Assembly (NCBI GenBank): GCA_028534125.1
Contig: CM052816.1
Coordinates: forward strand, 11,534,001-11,598,000
Direction of reading: 5' to 3'
Length of the DNA: 64,000 nucleotides
Source: Lama glama
Lineage: Eukaryota
A program made the position numbers and the translations under genes. The stretch's first letter is position 1. The number at the start of each line of letters is the position of its first letter. A model generated the notes under the pieces. It searched no databases. It worked only from the letters and a program-made list of their open reading frames with translations, and was not told where the DNA came from. Of this stretch, positions 25,479-39,900 are shown piece after piece.

Positions 25479-28033
25479 TGAAGCACACTGAGGCTATTAT
25501 GTTACCCCATAGCTTTCTAAGTTACACTTGTTTATGAATTCTTTCTGTGTGCCTTTGGTTTTATTGTTACTATTCTCTGTATTAAGACCACAATGGCCCT
25601 TCAGTAATTTCTGGTCTTTAGCCTGGTGTGAGATCAGTGTTTCAAAATGGGTCTTTCCAGACGGGAAATATCTTAAGATTCTTTTAAAATGCATGTCATT
25701 AGTTGCTGCTGCTATCACAAAGAAAATTTCCCCTTTGTACTAATTCCATGCGGTGAATTGGCCTTAAAGGATGCAATTTTACCAGAAAAAGTGAATAAAA
25801 TTCTTGTTGGATTTCTAAACAATCAAGGTGGAAAAAGTGAAAACAGAGAGTTGAAAATATAAATGTGAAAGCTCCGATTTTGAAAGTCTCAGGAGTTGGG
25901 TTGATTCGCAGATGGAATAAGGCCTGGTAGGCAATAAAGAGTTCTTTTATCTTTTCTTTTTCTCCCTGGCATATAAACTCATAACAGTTACATTTCTTCC
26001 CCCCACGTCATATCAGGTATGAGTCTCAGATGAAAGTGATAGAAAACTCAAGTTAAGTTAATCACAAAAGGAGATTTACTGGAAGGATTCTGGAGAAACT
26101 CAGAAAATGCAAAGAACTGTAGGACACAAGGCAACTCGTGGGATTCAGGGACTAGAACTGGAGATCTGGTTCCACCAGACCCTCTCTTCATTGTTTATCT
26201 GTGCTTGTTTATCTCTGGTGTTGTGGGTTGATTCCATCCTCCAAAAGGTGCTGAAGTCCAAATGCCCAGCACCTGTGAATGTGACCTCCTTTGGAAAGAG
26301 GACTTAAGCAGATGAGCAAGTTAAGATATTTCAGTTTGTTGCGGCCACAGACGGGGTGGCTTCAACAACAGAAATGTATTAACTCACATTTCTTGTAGCT
26401 AGAAGTCTAAGATCAAGGTGCTGACAGGGTTAAATGGTCCTCAGAAATGATCCTAACTTTTTACCCAGTAACTATCCTTCAAGGACTCTAAAAAAGAGCA
26501 AGGAAACATGCTGATAAATATTTACCCACAAGGGTTTTCATGACAGCAAGAGTCCATATCCTGTCCCTCCCCAGCTCAAAGTTCTCATTAGCTTCCCATT
26601 TCACACAGATAAAGCAGAAATTTTCGCCCTTGGCCTAGAAGGCTCTCTGAGACTTACATCCTTATTACCTTTCTGATCTTATCTCCCAGGGTCCTGCTCC
26701 AGCCACCCTGGCCTTAGCTTTCAAATGCTCTGCGTAGAGGAAGGCTGTCTTAGGACCTTTGAACTTGCCACTCCTTCCCTCTGCCTGGAGTGACCATGCC
26801 TCAAATATGGGCATAACTTTCTCTCTTCTTTCAACTCTTCTACGTAAATGTCACTTTGTCTGGGAGGTCTTCCCCTCTGTCCTATCCCAATTTATCATCC
26901 TTCTCCCCCATTTTATTCTTTCTCCTTAGCCCTCCTACTTGGGTAATACTAGATGTTTTTGTATTTCTTTTGCTAGGCATTGGAATTTGACGACCTTCTA
27001 GGCCCTCTGTAACATATCGGATGGTAGGGTGACCTGCTGGCTCCTTGCCCTGAAACATTTCTTCTCCGCTTGACTAAAGCTGTCACACTTACTTTGTGTT
27101 GGGCTGCACCCCACAGGCCTGCAAGCCCCGTGCTCGCCCAGCTTCAGGACTGAAGAAGGAGCCTGGAGTCAGTGACAGAGACCTCAGTGGTCTATTGCAC
27201 AGCAGATCTTACATCTCGGGAGGCAAGGTCCTGGAGTTACATCCCACCGTGTGCCGCAGGTGGAGGGCAGGGCAGGGCAGCAGTCTGGGAGAGGGAGAGT
27301 AGGGGAGTGTGTCTTATCAGTTATAGAGGGAACTGACCTCAGGTTACCAGGCACACCAGCAGAGGGGCACACCCCTTTGGTAAACTCTCTTAGTGGAGAT
27401 AGTGCTGATCTAAAGATTAGAACTCGCTGGGGCTAGGGGCAAGTATGTAGGCATTTACTGATTAGGCTCTATGATGTAGAGGCAAGGGAGGCCATGTGAG
27501 TAGGGTGTAGGTGAAGGAGGGACTGGTTGAGCAGGGGATGGATGTACAGAGAGCAAGAGAACCACCATCTTGGGTGGCCTGATCATATACTTTGACTGTC
27601 TGATCAACTGCATCCTTACCCAGGGAAACAGAAGTCTGGTTCAGTGGTGCCATGGGCCTGACTTACCCTCCATTGTAAACTTGTTCTGCGGTTTTGCCTT
27701 GTTCTCCCTGCAAATTTCTGCTTTGTACCCTTGTACCCACCTTACCTGCCTGGAGTTTCTGGTCCACTTCTGAAATCTCAGGGAGCTAGAAGGGAATTGA
27801 GAGATCATGTTTGGTCCACTTGTTCATTTTGTTGATGGAGAAACTGAGGTGCAGGGACAGGAAGGAATCTGCTCAAGGTCATTGTCTACGTTAAGTGCAT
27901 TCATGAATTTATTCAATATATACTGTGTGGCAGGCACTTCGCTAAGCACTTGTGAAATAAGAGGAAAAAAATCCATATTGGTCTCTGCCCCCATCCCCTG
28001 TACCTCTCTCTCTCTCCTGTCTTGACCTTCTTG

Positions 28034-28910
28034 TGTTATGAGCTCCTAAGACCCTTGTAATATCCTCAGTGATAGGAACACTAGGAGCATCCTTTATTCT
28101 AATATTTGGTCTTTGCCTCCATTCCTGACACCAAGTTCCTAAATCCCTTGGAATTTCCTGGGTGATAAGGGTGTCTTTTGTTCTGATGACGTGACTCTGG
28201 AGGAACTCCTGGATGGGAGTTGATCACCAGAAAGACCAAATCAGGATTAGAAGCTTGGAATTTTCAGCCCCCCCCCCCAATTCTCCAGAGAGAGGAGAGG
28301 GGCTGGAAATGAAGCTAATGATGGGTCATGCCTACCTGTGATGAAGCCTCCATAAAAGTCCCCAAGGTATGGGGTTTGGAGAGCTTCCAGGGAGGTGAAC
28401 AAGTGGAGGTGCTGGGGGAGTGGCATTCCCCGAGAGGGCGTGGAAGTGCAGCGCCCGTCCCCACCTAGTCCTACACATCTCTTCCATCTGGATGTTCATC
28501 TCTATCCCCAAACATGTCCTTCTACAATAAACTGGTAAACAGTAAGTAACCTGTTGTCCTCCCTGACTTCTGTGAGCTGCTCTCGCAAATTTAACCGAAC
28601 TGAGGAGGAGGTCGTGGGAATCTCCGATTTACAGCCCATCTCTCAGAAGCACAGGTAACCATCTGGACTTGTGATTGGCATTTGAAGGGAGCGGCAGCCT
28701 GGTGGGACTAAGCCCTTAACCTGTGGGGTCTGATGCTGTCTCCAGATAGTGTCAGAACTGAATTAAATTGGAGGATACCCAGCTCGTGTCACAGAAGTGC
28801 TTGGTGTGGGGAACAACTCCCCCCAGTCTGGTGTCGGAAGGCCTGTGATTGTGGTAGTTGTGTGAAAATAAAGGAGAAACACAAGAGGAGGACTGAGATT
28901 TTTCCTACTT
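28034..28910 (+). mobile_element. MER21-like LTR
   Basis: Contains CCTAAATCCCTTGGAATTTCCTGGGTGATAAG, AATAAACTGGTAAACAGTAAGT and GATAGTGTCAGAACTGAATTAAATTG. Family named from recall. Confidence 0.75.
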
Positions 28911-30291
28911 GGCACTGGATAGGGAAGAGTGAAAAACACAGTTTTTTCCAGTTCAGTGGAGAATTTACATTATAAGACAATTATAAGATGGGATTAAAAA
29001 AGATCAGTGATGGTCAGAAGAGAGAACTGAACCAGCATGAAAAGAACGAGAAAAGCAAAAGGGCAAGAGGACAAGGAGAGAGGGTCAGAGCTGAAGCTCT
29101 CCATCCACTTAAACCTCACGGCATGTATAAAGGGCCAGTCATCCACTCATTCCACCAAAATGTGGATGTTCTACTACTGGGCCTAACCTTGAAGATACAA
29201 AGATGAGTTGGTATTTTAAAGACCAAATAAGGTCATGAACTTGTGAGGCTGGCTAGCAGATTTCCAAGCTGAAGTCCCTGACTGCTTAAGCCACCCAATT
29301 TCAAAGCAAAGGGAATTTGTTTCACAGTCCTTCTCTCTTCCCTGGGGACACAGCAAGCAAGATGATGGCGGTGCAAACTTGCTGTGATTCTGACCCACAA
29401 GATTACTTGACAGTGGCCTCCCTTGTTAAGCCTAGCACTCTTTTTCAACTTCAGGGTTCCCAGGTGTCCTCGGGACGGGCAGGTGGCATTTGTTTTAACA
29501 CATGTCACTCAGCCAACCAGTCCAAGTACAGCCAACAGGTGCTGGGTCCTTTAATCTTTCAGGACATGGCTTTGGCCTTCTGTGGCCAGTTAATCAGGAG
29601 TGGGTGAGCAGCTGTCCAAGGACACATTCTGGAAGAAATTGGTGGTCAAGGTGGAGTAGGGGCAAAGGGCCTAGCTTGGTGGAAGGGATTCCATTTCACA
29701 CCCAATCTCCAGCTGCTGTCGGGTAGCAGAGTCAGATAAGGACATCATAATCTCTCCAGGTAAATTACCTCTCTTTTGTGGGCCTGTGTAATCCCCCAGG
29801 GAGAGTGGTGTTTATTTCCTGTAAGGAGGGGTGGGTGCTATAGTAGAGTTGCTTTATACATACATTCAACATGTACTGGCTTTGGTATCTGACCCTCCAC
29901 CCCCACTTCATTCAGTATTTCAAAGAAAAGCTACTCATAGGTTTAGTAAAGTGGGGATTAAGAATTAACTTGTGGATTTAGCAATTTGGTCATTGGTGAC
30001 CTTCACAACAGTAGGTTCTGTGGAGTGACAGGGACTCGAACTGACTGGAATGGGTTCAAGAGATCATAGGAGCAAAAATAGAGCAAAGAACTGGAATAGC
30101 GCTGGAAGAAGATATGGGATTAACAGTGGGTTTGTTTTTTTAAGATGGAAGAAATCACAACGTACTTGTACGCTGGTTGTAATGATCCAGTAGAGGCAAA
30201 ACTGATGATGCAAAAAAGTGGGTTGGATATGGCTCAAGATGTCCTTGAACAAGAAAGAGGACAAAGAACTTTCAGGAATTCAGTAGAGCTG

Positions 30292-30820
30292 TGTAAGGGA
30301 GGAAGAAGTGTTCCTTGAACCTGTTGAGGTCCCTGGCTGGATCTGAAAGTTAAAATGACAAGGACAGAGTAAGAGGAAAAAAGCATACACATTTATCATA
30401 AGTTTTTTAAGTAAGTGTAAGTGACATGGGAGCCTTCATAAGGAAATGAGACCCTGAACAAATGGTTAAACCTTAGCATTCTTATTCTAGGTCTGATGAA
30501 GAGTGGGCAACTGTGGAGAAATATGACAGGACAAAGGGTGTGAGCTAAGTGCAGCAAACTGTGGAAAATTGGAAGGGCCTGTTTGTTCGGATTCCTCCTG
30601 GTGACCCTTGATCCTGGAGATAAAGATGCTTCTTACCTCTGGGTACAGAGTGGGCTCCTGTCACAAGAGCGTTTTATGAGCTGCTTCAGGGAAAAGGGCA
30701 GGGGAAAGCCAGAGAGGTCTTCCTGCTTCTACTGTTTTGTTTTGTTTTAACTCTTTCAGCTTAAAATATTCAATATGCTAAGGTGCCACATGTTGGGGTA
30801 CTTTGTTCTGAATGCTATCA
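30292..30820 (-). mobile_element. ERV1-type solo LTR
   Basis: TG...CA termini (tgtaaggga...gctatca) with a near-TSD gctg/gttg. Confidence 0.7.
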
Positions 30821-32189
30821 GTTGGTTTTTAAATATTATTAAATATTAACATATAACTTTACAACTAAATAAACTATATTTAAAAAGGTAATAGGTATTC
30901 AAAGGCATCCCTTCCTCGTTACATTATTATGTTTCCAGGGTCTGTGTTCTCACAGTTAGGTGTATTTTATGTAGTTGGTAGAAATAACACCATGCCAGTT
31001 GTTTGGAATTGGCCATGGTGGCAGTATTGACACCACAGAAATCATAGCCATTAGAAGTCAGGGACCTTTTTTTTTTTTTTTTTTTAAAGGAGAGCTGTTT
31101 GCTAACCATCTGCCTGCCCACAGCTAGATTTGGTGGACACGTGGAGAGACTGGCCCTAAACTAAGTGCTAAAAGTTCGTCCACAAGAGCAGCATTGAAGG
31201 CAGGACATTTGGACAGGTGGGTAGATAGATGTGGTAGAGAGACGTTCCCTATTTATTAAGTGGAAAAGTGAGAATAAGGCTGGGAAGGGAGGTGTTGGAG
31301 GTTTGAGGTGAGAGGAGCCTAGGACAGTAAGTGGATTAGAGAAAGGTAGTATTTTTGTCTCGCACCATTAAAAAGCCCCTTGAGGTTAATGGTTATGAAT
31401 TTAAGGAGAGGCCTATTACAATGGCTGTATATTTTCCTCCAGTCTCTTTCAGTGGCTTAGTCGAGTAAGCGGAGAGTGGATTTATCCAAGGATAGGGTTT
31501 TGCCAGATAAGTATGCCAGGGCCCAGGCACAAGCGAAATTGTAAAATTATAAATGTAAAAGCCACCACCAGAGACCTTCATTATTCATCCTAGCCAGAAG
31601 CATGCCACCCACCTGTACCTTTAACGTTATCCTGTTTATTTCCCTGTTTTGTTTATTGAGTGGTAAGTCATCTGGCTCACTCATCTTACTGACAGCAGGG
31701 GCTGTGCTTTACTTACTGCTGAATCCAGTGTCTGCGACAGCGCTTGGCACATAGTAGGTGCTCAGAGAGCAATATGTTGCATAAGGTATTGGATTAATGG
31801 ATTCACTTCCTCGCTCTCCTAAAATCTGTATGGTTGACTGAAGAATACTCAGAATTCTTTTTATACCCCTGTGTTCTTGCTCCATGGTGTTTAAACTTTA
31901 GTGAGCATAGGAATTTCCTTACGGAGTCAGATGCAGATATGAACCATTTTTAAGTACTTGAGACTCAACCTAAAGCCTTAGAGGCAGCTGCCCAGGTCGT
32001 GCGAGTAACGCGTTTGCTGTCCTTTGTCATTCCGGATTTGGCAACCGGAGGAGGGTTATATTACAACCCCTAAACTTGGATGGCGGGTAGTTTACGTATT
32101 TATCATTACTTTTTTATTGCTGCAAATAGCGGCTTAAGGCTCCAGGCGAAGCTATGACAGAAAAGCCCCAGTAGCAAGGTCCAAGGCTC

Positions 32190-33080
<891 letters not shown>

Positions 33081-33536
33081 ACGCAGCGCTGTTCTGCCAC
33101 CTCACTGCTTTCTTTTTTATCAAACATTTGTGGGTGTTTGGGCAGATTGCTTAGCCTCTCGGTGCCTTAGTTTTGTAACCTGTAAAATGGGGGAAATGCT
33201 AGTACCAACTCCAGGGGTGGTTGTGAGGATTCAAGTGAAATAATTTCTGTCAAGTGCTTATTGCAGTGACTGATGCTTAATTAGTAAGTTCTTCAGAAAA
33301 CTGTTAGCGTCTTTTCTGCTGCTATAACTCTGAACCCTCTGCTCAGTTTTCAGTGGTCCCAGGGCTCCCAGAAGCCCTGGGTGATGGTAGAATGGGAAAT
33401 TTCTTTGAAAAATCAGAAACACCCAGGTCTGGAAGGTGGGACCCCCGGATTCTATTCTGGTATCTGCCTTTAGTTAGTTCACTTGATGACCTTGGCCAAG
33501 CGTCATCTCTGGGATCCACTTTCTGCATCTAAGATG

Positions 33537-33991
33537 TGTTGACGTAAAAAAGTGCACCACCTAAAAGTTGAGAATTATATTTTATTTAGCGGACTTGCCG
33601 AGGACTTAAGCCCGGGTTACTGCCTCTCAGGTAGCTCTGAGAGACTGCTCCGAGGAGGCAGGGAAGGAGCCAAGGTATGTAGGAGTTCAGCCAAAAAAAA
33701 AAAAAAAAATCAGGTAGTTAGATATTGAAAGATTACTGCTAATTAAAGAAAACCAGACATCTCAAGTTAAATGAATTTAATGCTTTTCTGTGTCTGGGAA
33801 GATGCAAGAGTCTGGGCTCACTGAAATCATTCCTTTGATGTGCACCTTCGCTATCTAGGGCCAGTGTCCAGTTTCTCTCCATCCTGAATTCCCTCAGGGT
33901 TCACCATTGGGAGTGGCTGTAGAGGATGATGACTTAATGGCCACAATATACTTTGTTTACTTGAAATGGCATGTGGCATTCTTGGTCCACA
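33537..33991 (-). mobile_element. ERV1 solo LTR, MER41-like (artiodactyl type), in PRELID2 intron 1
   Basis: TGTTGACG...GTCCACA termini and near-TSD gatg/gata. GGGAAGATGCAAGAGTCTGGGCTCACTGAAATCATTCCTTTGAT resembles recalled MER41-group consensus. Confidence 0.75.
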
Positions 33992-36900
33992 GATAACAGT
34001 GTTGTATCTGAAGATCTTCTTTCAGCTTTCACATTCTTAAGCAAGATGTGTAAGAATTGTAATTTGCCTTGGGCATCTGCCACTGGCACTGCTCTCCAAG
34101 TGCAACCTGGAAGCTAAACTGAGGGAGATGCATTTTTTAAGTGATAAGACCTTTCCTCTATTAGAGGAAGTGATGCGGTTGGGAGCCCAGGTCACAGAGG
34201 AGTGAGTAGGGTGCTGGTTAACATGGCGTTGCCATGGAAGCCTTTTGGGTGGGCAGGGGGGACATCGGCTTGTTGGTATTGTTCATTCATCTCTAGTATC
34301 TAGAATAGTACCTGGCACTTATTAGGTTCTCAAGACAAATCTGATGAACGATGAATGAATAAGTGAAAGAAAGCACGAATTACAGATCTGATGTAGACTT
34401 TGCCTTAGGCCAGGCTTCTGGCCTGAAAGAGAAACACCCCACACCCCATTTTTGTTAGGACTGGCACTTTGAAGTGTGGAGTCCCCAGTGCCACTGCTCC
34501 TTTGGAAAGCCTTTCTGAATTGTCCTCATCAAAAGATGATCTCTGCCTTGTCAGAGCTGAGGGGCTCTTTCTCTGGGCCTGGGTGACCATCTTCTCCAGT
34601 TGTGCAGTGGATAGTTACTTCTGCATGTTTCTTTTCCCTCATCAGACTCTAAACTTTGGGGCTCACTCCTGCAGAAGCACGGGGCACAGTGCCAAGCTCT
34701 CATTTACAGAGTACTTGGCATGTGTCAGGCTTCCGGGCTAAATGCTTTTCTTTCACTCAGCAGGTGTTTAGAGACACTTTTCTGCTGTGTGCCGGGCTCT
34801 GTGCTGGGTGCTAGGGCATCAAAGACAGACCCTCTTCTCATGGAGTGGTCTCTAGTGGGTGAGACCAACATTAATAAATGATCAGCAAGCGAGCCCACAC
34901 CTCAAGTTGATGATGTGAATTGACACAGGACAAGTTCACGGTGCTGTGACTGAGGATGGGGGGAGACCAGCTGAGGTCCCCAAGGACAGCCATGAAGAAA
35001 GGCTTCCTCAAGAAAGTGGCATTTGCGAAATGATGGTAGAAGCATGAGTAAGATTTACCTAGGCAGGAGGGGCAGGGGGAGGAAGTGTTTTCACAGACTG
35101 TCATGTTTACTCCTCACAGCAGCTTCAGGAAGTAGTTATGATTGACTTCCAGTCCATGGTCTGGAGAAACTGAGGTTCAGAGAAGTTTGAGCAACTTTTC
35201 CAAGTTCTGACAGCTAGGAAGTGGGAGAGCCAGGATTTCAACACACCTGAATCCAAGCCCACACCCCTAATCACCAGGCTGAGCTGCTTTGCACACAAAA
35301 GGTACTCAGATGATTATTGAGAGACTAGAATGTTGCAGGCTCAGCTTTGCCATGCCCTTTACCCGTTCTCAGTTTCCTTTTGTCCGTAGTCTTCTCTCAG
35401 GGTTTATTCATCTTGGTGAACCCACTGTGTCTGACATAAGGGTGTAGCTTTGAAGCACAGCACAGTGAGAAAATACAATGTTTCAGTTATCTATGGCTGT
35501 GTCACAAATCACCCATGTGATTGAGTGGCTTAAATTGATGAAAGGCTTTTAATTCTCATGACTCTGCTGGCTGACGGGGCTCAACTGGGTGTTTTTTGAG
35601 TGCCATGTGTTATAGCTGAGGTCGTTTCTCTAGCTGCCTTCAATTAGGGTCCAGAAGAATTCTTATAATTAGCAAAGTGCTTGGGACATAATAAATAAAG
35701 ACTGATGACGTTTTGGAAGGTATGGCTAGGTTTAGAGAGGAGAATACATGCAGAAAAGATCTAGAATGGGACAGTGTTATCTCCTGGGACTCTCCACATG
35801 CATTCTTTCTATTCGCAAAGCAGTCTTTGAGAGATCCTGGGTGGAGCTGTATGACTGTCTCTAAGATACCATTAAATCCATTTGCTGTGAGACTTTACAG
35901 CTTACATTGTTTAAAGCCATGAACTGGAAGTCAGTAGACCTGGATTCCAGTCATTGTACTTCATTAAAAGCAGTTTTGGGGTGGCTTTGGGGAGACTGTT
36001 TTCAACAGTGTATATACTATGCCCTAGTGCAAATTAGAAAGGGGCATCGTTTAGGCTGTCTGCCCCATAAGCTCACAGTAAATGAAACTAGGAGGAAGTA
36101 TAGGGGACTATTCATCATGTTAGAAAAAGGTTCTCCTTCCCCTAAGTGGCTGTAGCCTTGTGCCCACTAGCCTGCTTGACTGGAAGACCTTGTGCAGTGA
36201 GCCACATGCACAACTGTATAAGACAACCCTACTGTCTTAATTTCTCATCTGAGAAATGAAAGGCCTTGTACCCCACCCGACTCCCAGGATTGTTGTGAGG
36301 ATCAAATGTGTAACAGTTTGACAAGCATAGGTTTTTTTTAAAGCATGAGGTAGTAAGAATGATCCTTTTGGCAAAAGACACTTTCACTTATCTTTTAGTC
36401 TTTATGTATTTTTTTTTTATTCAAGGGAAAGCACTTGGCAGAAGGGACAATCATATGAGGATACCTGGGAAGCATTTAATCTGATTTTGCACAATGGTAT
36501 GTTTGAGGCTGCTGCAGCAATGAGGAAGTTCTGTTTTAAACAGAGTCTACTGATCTATGGCTTTTGGTATGTGAGGAATTGCGTTCTGAGTTATAATATA
36601 CTACTGCTTTTAAAACCTGAGAAATGTTTGCTCTTTTTACACCTGCCTGTTGGATACCACAGGCAGACTATTAGCTGCATGTTTTCAAAGCTAAGTGGCA
36701 CCTTGAAAACAAATACCACAATAGTCTTTGTTCATGGAATACAGTTTCTCTCAATGAACCCTTCATGGAGGAATGCTGTGAAACCCGAAATGGTTTATTC
36801 ATCAGATGCTAAACTGTGCTTTCCGTGAACTGTTGTGTCAGTGCTCTTGACGGTGTATTTTGGTTTCTTTCTTTGTATGACTCTTAGCTTTCTCGCTCTC

Positions 36901-39900
36901 ATCACTTACACAGCTGTTTCCTTCCTTTTACTTAAAACCATCTGCAAGAGAACACACTGTTGCGTAGATGGGTTCACTCTTCTCTGGCAGCTCACGTGGG
37001 TCTGTTCATAATGGGCTTGCCTCATACGAGCTGGATTCAAAGACATCCTAAATTTTGACAATCTGAAGTTTAAAGTCATTAAAGGACCCAGAGAGCCATT
37101 GTCTGGCCTGGGCTTTTCTTGTTTATGTCTCAAATGAGGCCGGAGGAGGTGTAATTTTCCTTACAATAGAGTTATTCAGGTTGATTTTCTTCTTATGCTA
37201 TAAGTTAAAGAGTCATTGTGAATAGTGAGTGTAAGCTTCATGGGCAAAGATTTTTATCATCTGTTTTTGATGTACCCCGAGAACCCCAGGAGATCCTGGA
37301 GCATAGAAGGTACCCAACGAATCCTTATTAAATGAAGGTGTGAAACTGCACTCTCCTGGGATTTCGCCCTTCGTGGCTTCAGACGAAGTCTTGTGGGGTT
37401 CTGTAACGTGTCCTTACTTTGGGTGCTGTAATAAAATGGACAGGTTAAAAATTTTCTTTGCTTCAACACAGTAGCTTCAGGTTTCGTTTACTCTTGCCAG
37501 GAGCCTGATGTTCTGAACAAAATGGTTTCAGTGTTTACCCTTAAACTCATAACGGGATTTATGAATGGCTATTTCCATTTAGAGTAGAAAGTGGATTGGG
37601 TAATTAATAATGTTTCCATTTCTGATCCTGTCTCTTCTCTTTTGCACCTCTGAGACTTCCACATGTGGCACGTCTCTCCCTGCTGAGCTCTTGATATATT
37701 TGCAGGGGGAGGGGGAGCACCCACATTTCCAAAATAAGTGGTTTGAGAAATGATAGGTCTAGCTTGGTATAATGGTTATTTATTCTTTTGCTCACACTGT
37801 AATAGTATTTCTTCGCTTTTATCTTCCTCTCCTCAGTTCGACTAGAAGATTAGCACAACAGGAAGGAGGAGGTGAGGAAGGGAAGAACACGGGCTCTGAC
37901 ATCAGTTGGGGGACCGAGGGCTTCTCGCTGTGAGTTTGGGCAAGTCTGTTTATTCTCTGTCTCAGTTTCCTCATCTGCAAAATAAGAATAATAATATCTT
38001 CTGGAGTTGTTGGGGGAAATTCAGTGGGACAATGCCCACAGTTGCATGCAATATACATAGTTTAATGTTGCCACACAGTAGATGCTTTTAAAGTACTTGT
38101 TAAAAACCAAGATAGTAATACTAACAAAAATAATTCATTACATGTATTCCATGCACTTGAAAATAAAAGGCTGAGAGAAGTAGTCTGTAGAAATCTTTAC
38201 TAACTTGAAGTAATAAAGGGGAGAGTGAGCATGAATTAAAGGTGCACATTTGAACTGTGACGAATTTTAGATGTCATTTAAGTAATATTGAAGTGTACCA
38301 AGTAAGTTACCGGTGGGGGCTGTGGCTTAATCAGCGCCTGAAAGATAGGAGATCTTAACTCTCAAAGTACTAATGGTTAAATATTCATTATCTGCTTCCT
38401 AATAGACATTCATGCTAGATCTCTGCAACATTTGGCCCCTGCAAGATGAGCAGATAAATAAAACATGGCCCTGGCCTCAAGGAGCTCACTGTCAAGGGGG
38501 GACAGAGGGAAACAGAAATTTTTGTGATAAGTGCTTTCTCAGGGGCATATCACAGATGCAGTGTGGGGCAAGGTATGCTTTAATTATAAATCGATAAGGG
38601 CTTTTAGAGTACTTAGAAAGTGTCTTGTTGCCTTTTTTTTTTTCCTCAAGAGGTGAATATTCTCTCTAGTACTCTTAATTCTCCTGTGTGGTGCTTCCCC
38701 TAATGCTAGTGGAGAGGGATGTGTCAGGCGTCTTCGTCATGTCTCCCCCAAATTCTGAATTGGTAAAGCCTGAGTTATGAGGTTTTACTGCTCCAGGAAA
38801 AGAAGAAATACTGTCTGATAATTTTTAAATAATCGTTTAACTTTATCTTGAGTGCAGAATGGGTACTAATAGTATACTTAATGCCACACCACAGAAAATT
38901 ACAGGATAAAGGCTGAGGTCTTGAAACTAAATTTTCAAAAATGTTGATTCATTCTTTAGTAGCAAAACCAACAAGGTGTTACACTTTACATAAAATTATT
39001 TTCTTTGATTTCTGTAACAGCTCTTTGAGGTGGAGTTTTTTGGTTTTGTTTTTGTTCTTGTTTTCCTTCTAATTTTACAGATGAAGAAACTAAGGCAGAC
39101 AGAGATGAAAGTACTTTGCCTAAGACTTTCACAGGTGGGCTTCAGACAGAGGTAGCTTGGATTCTAAAAACCTGGATTCTTGAAAACTCATTGTTTTCAA
39201 CACTTTTATTTTAATGAGGTTTTTTTTATTTCTTAGCTTTTCATTTAGAAATAATTTGAGTTGCAAAATGCTGCAAAAGCAGGCAAATAATTCCAGTATA
39301 CTTTTCCAGCTTCCCCAAACAGCTGTATAACTTTGAAAACCAGGGACTTAACATTGATACCATGTTAACTAATCTACAGACCTTCCTCATTCAGATTTTG
39401 GCCGTTGTTTACTAATACCGTTTTTCTGGTCTGGGATCCATTCCAGGATCCCACATTGCTTTTGTTGTTGTCTTAGTCTCCTCCAGTGTGGGACAGTTCC
39501 TTAGTCTTTCTGGACCATAGTGCTTTTTAAAAATCAGTGGTTAGTTAGTTTGTAGACTTTGTATCTTTAAATGCATTGGGTTTTAGATAAGAGGATTTTC
39601 TTTTACAATTATGTGAACTATTCCTTTCAAAAAACTTCATTATGCCATTGTCAGTTACTGGGATATTTTGGAATGAATGAGGGTGAAAGACCATGGTTGG
39701 CCTTTGTTTACAGTCATAACTCTTCCCAGGCTGATGGGCCTTCGAGGAGCATCTGGTGGTCCACTGCCCTGGCTGCATGGATGGTAGCATCATGGCCTGC
39801 CTGTCTTGGCTCCTTATCCTTTGTTCTTTCTACTTCATCCTCCTACTGGACCCAAAGGCCAACGAACAGCCATTCAGAATATCTGTTGACTTCAATATGT

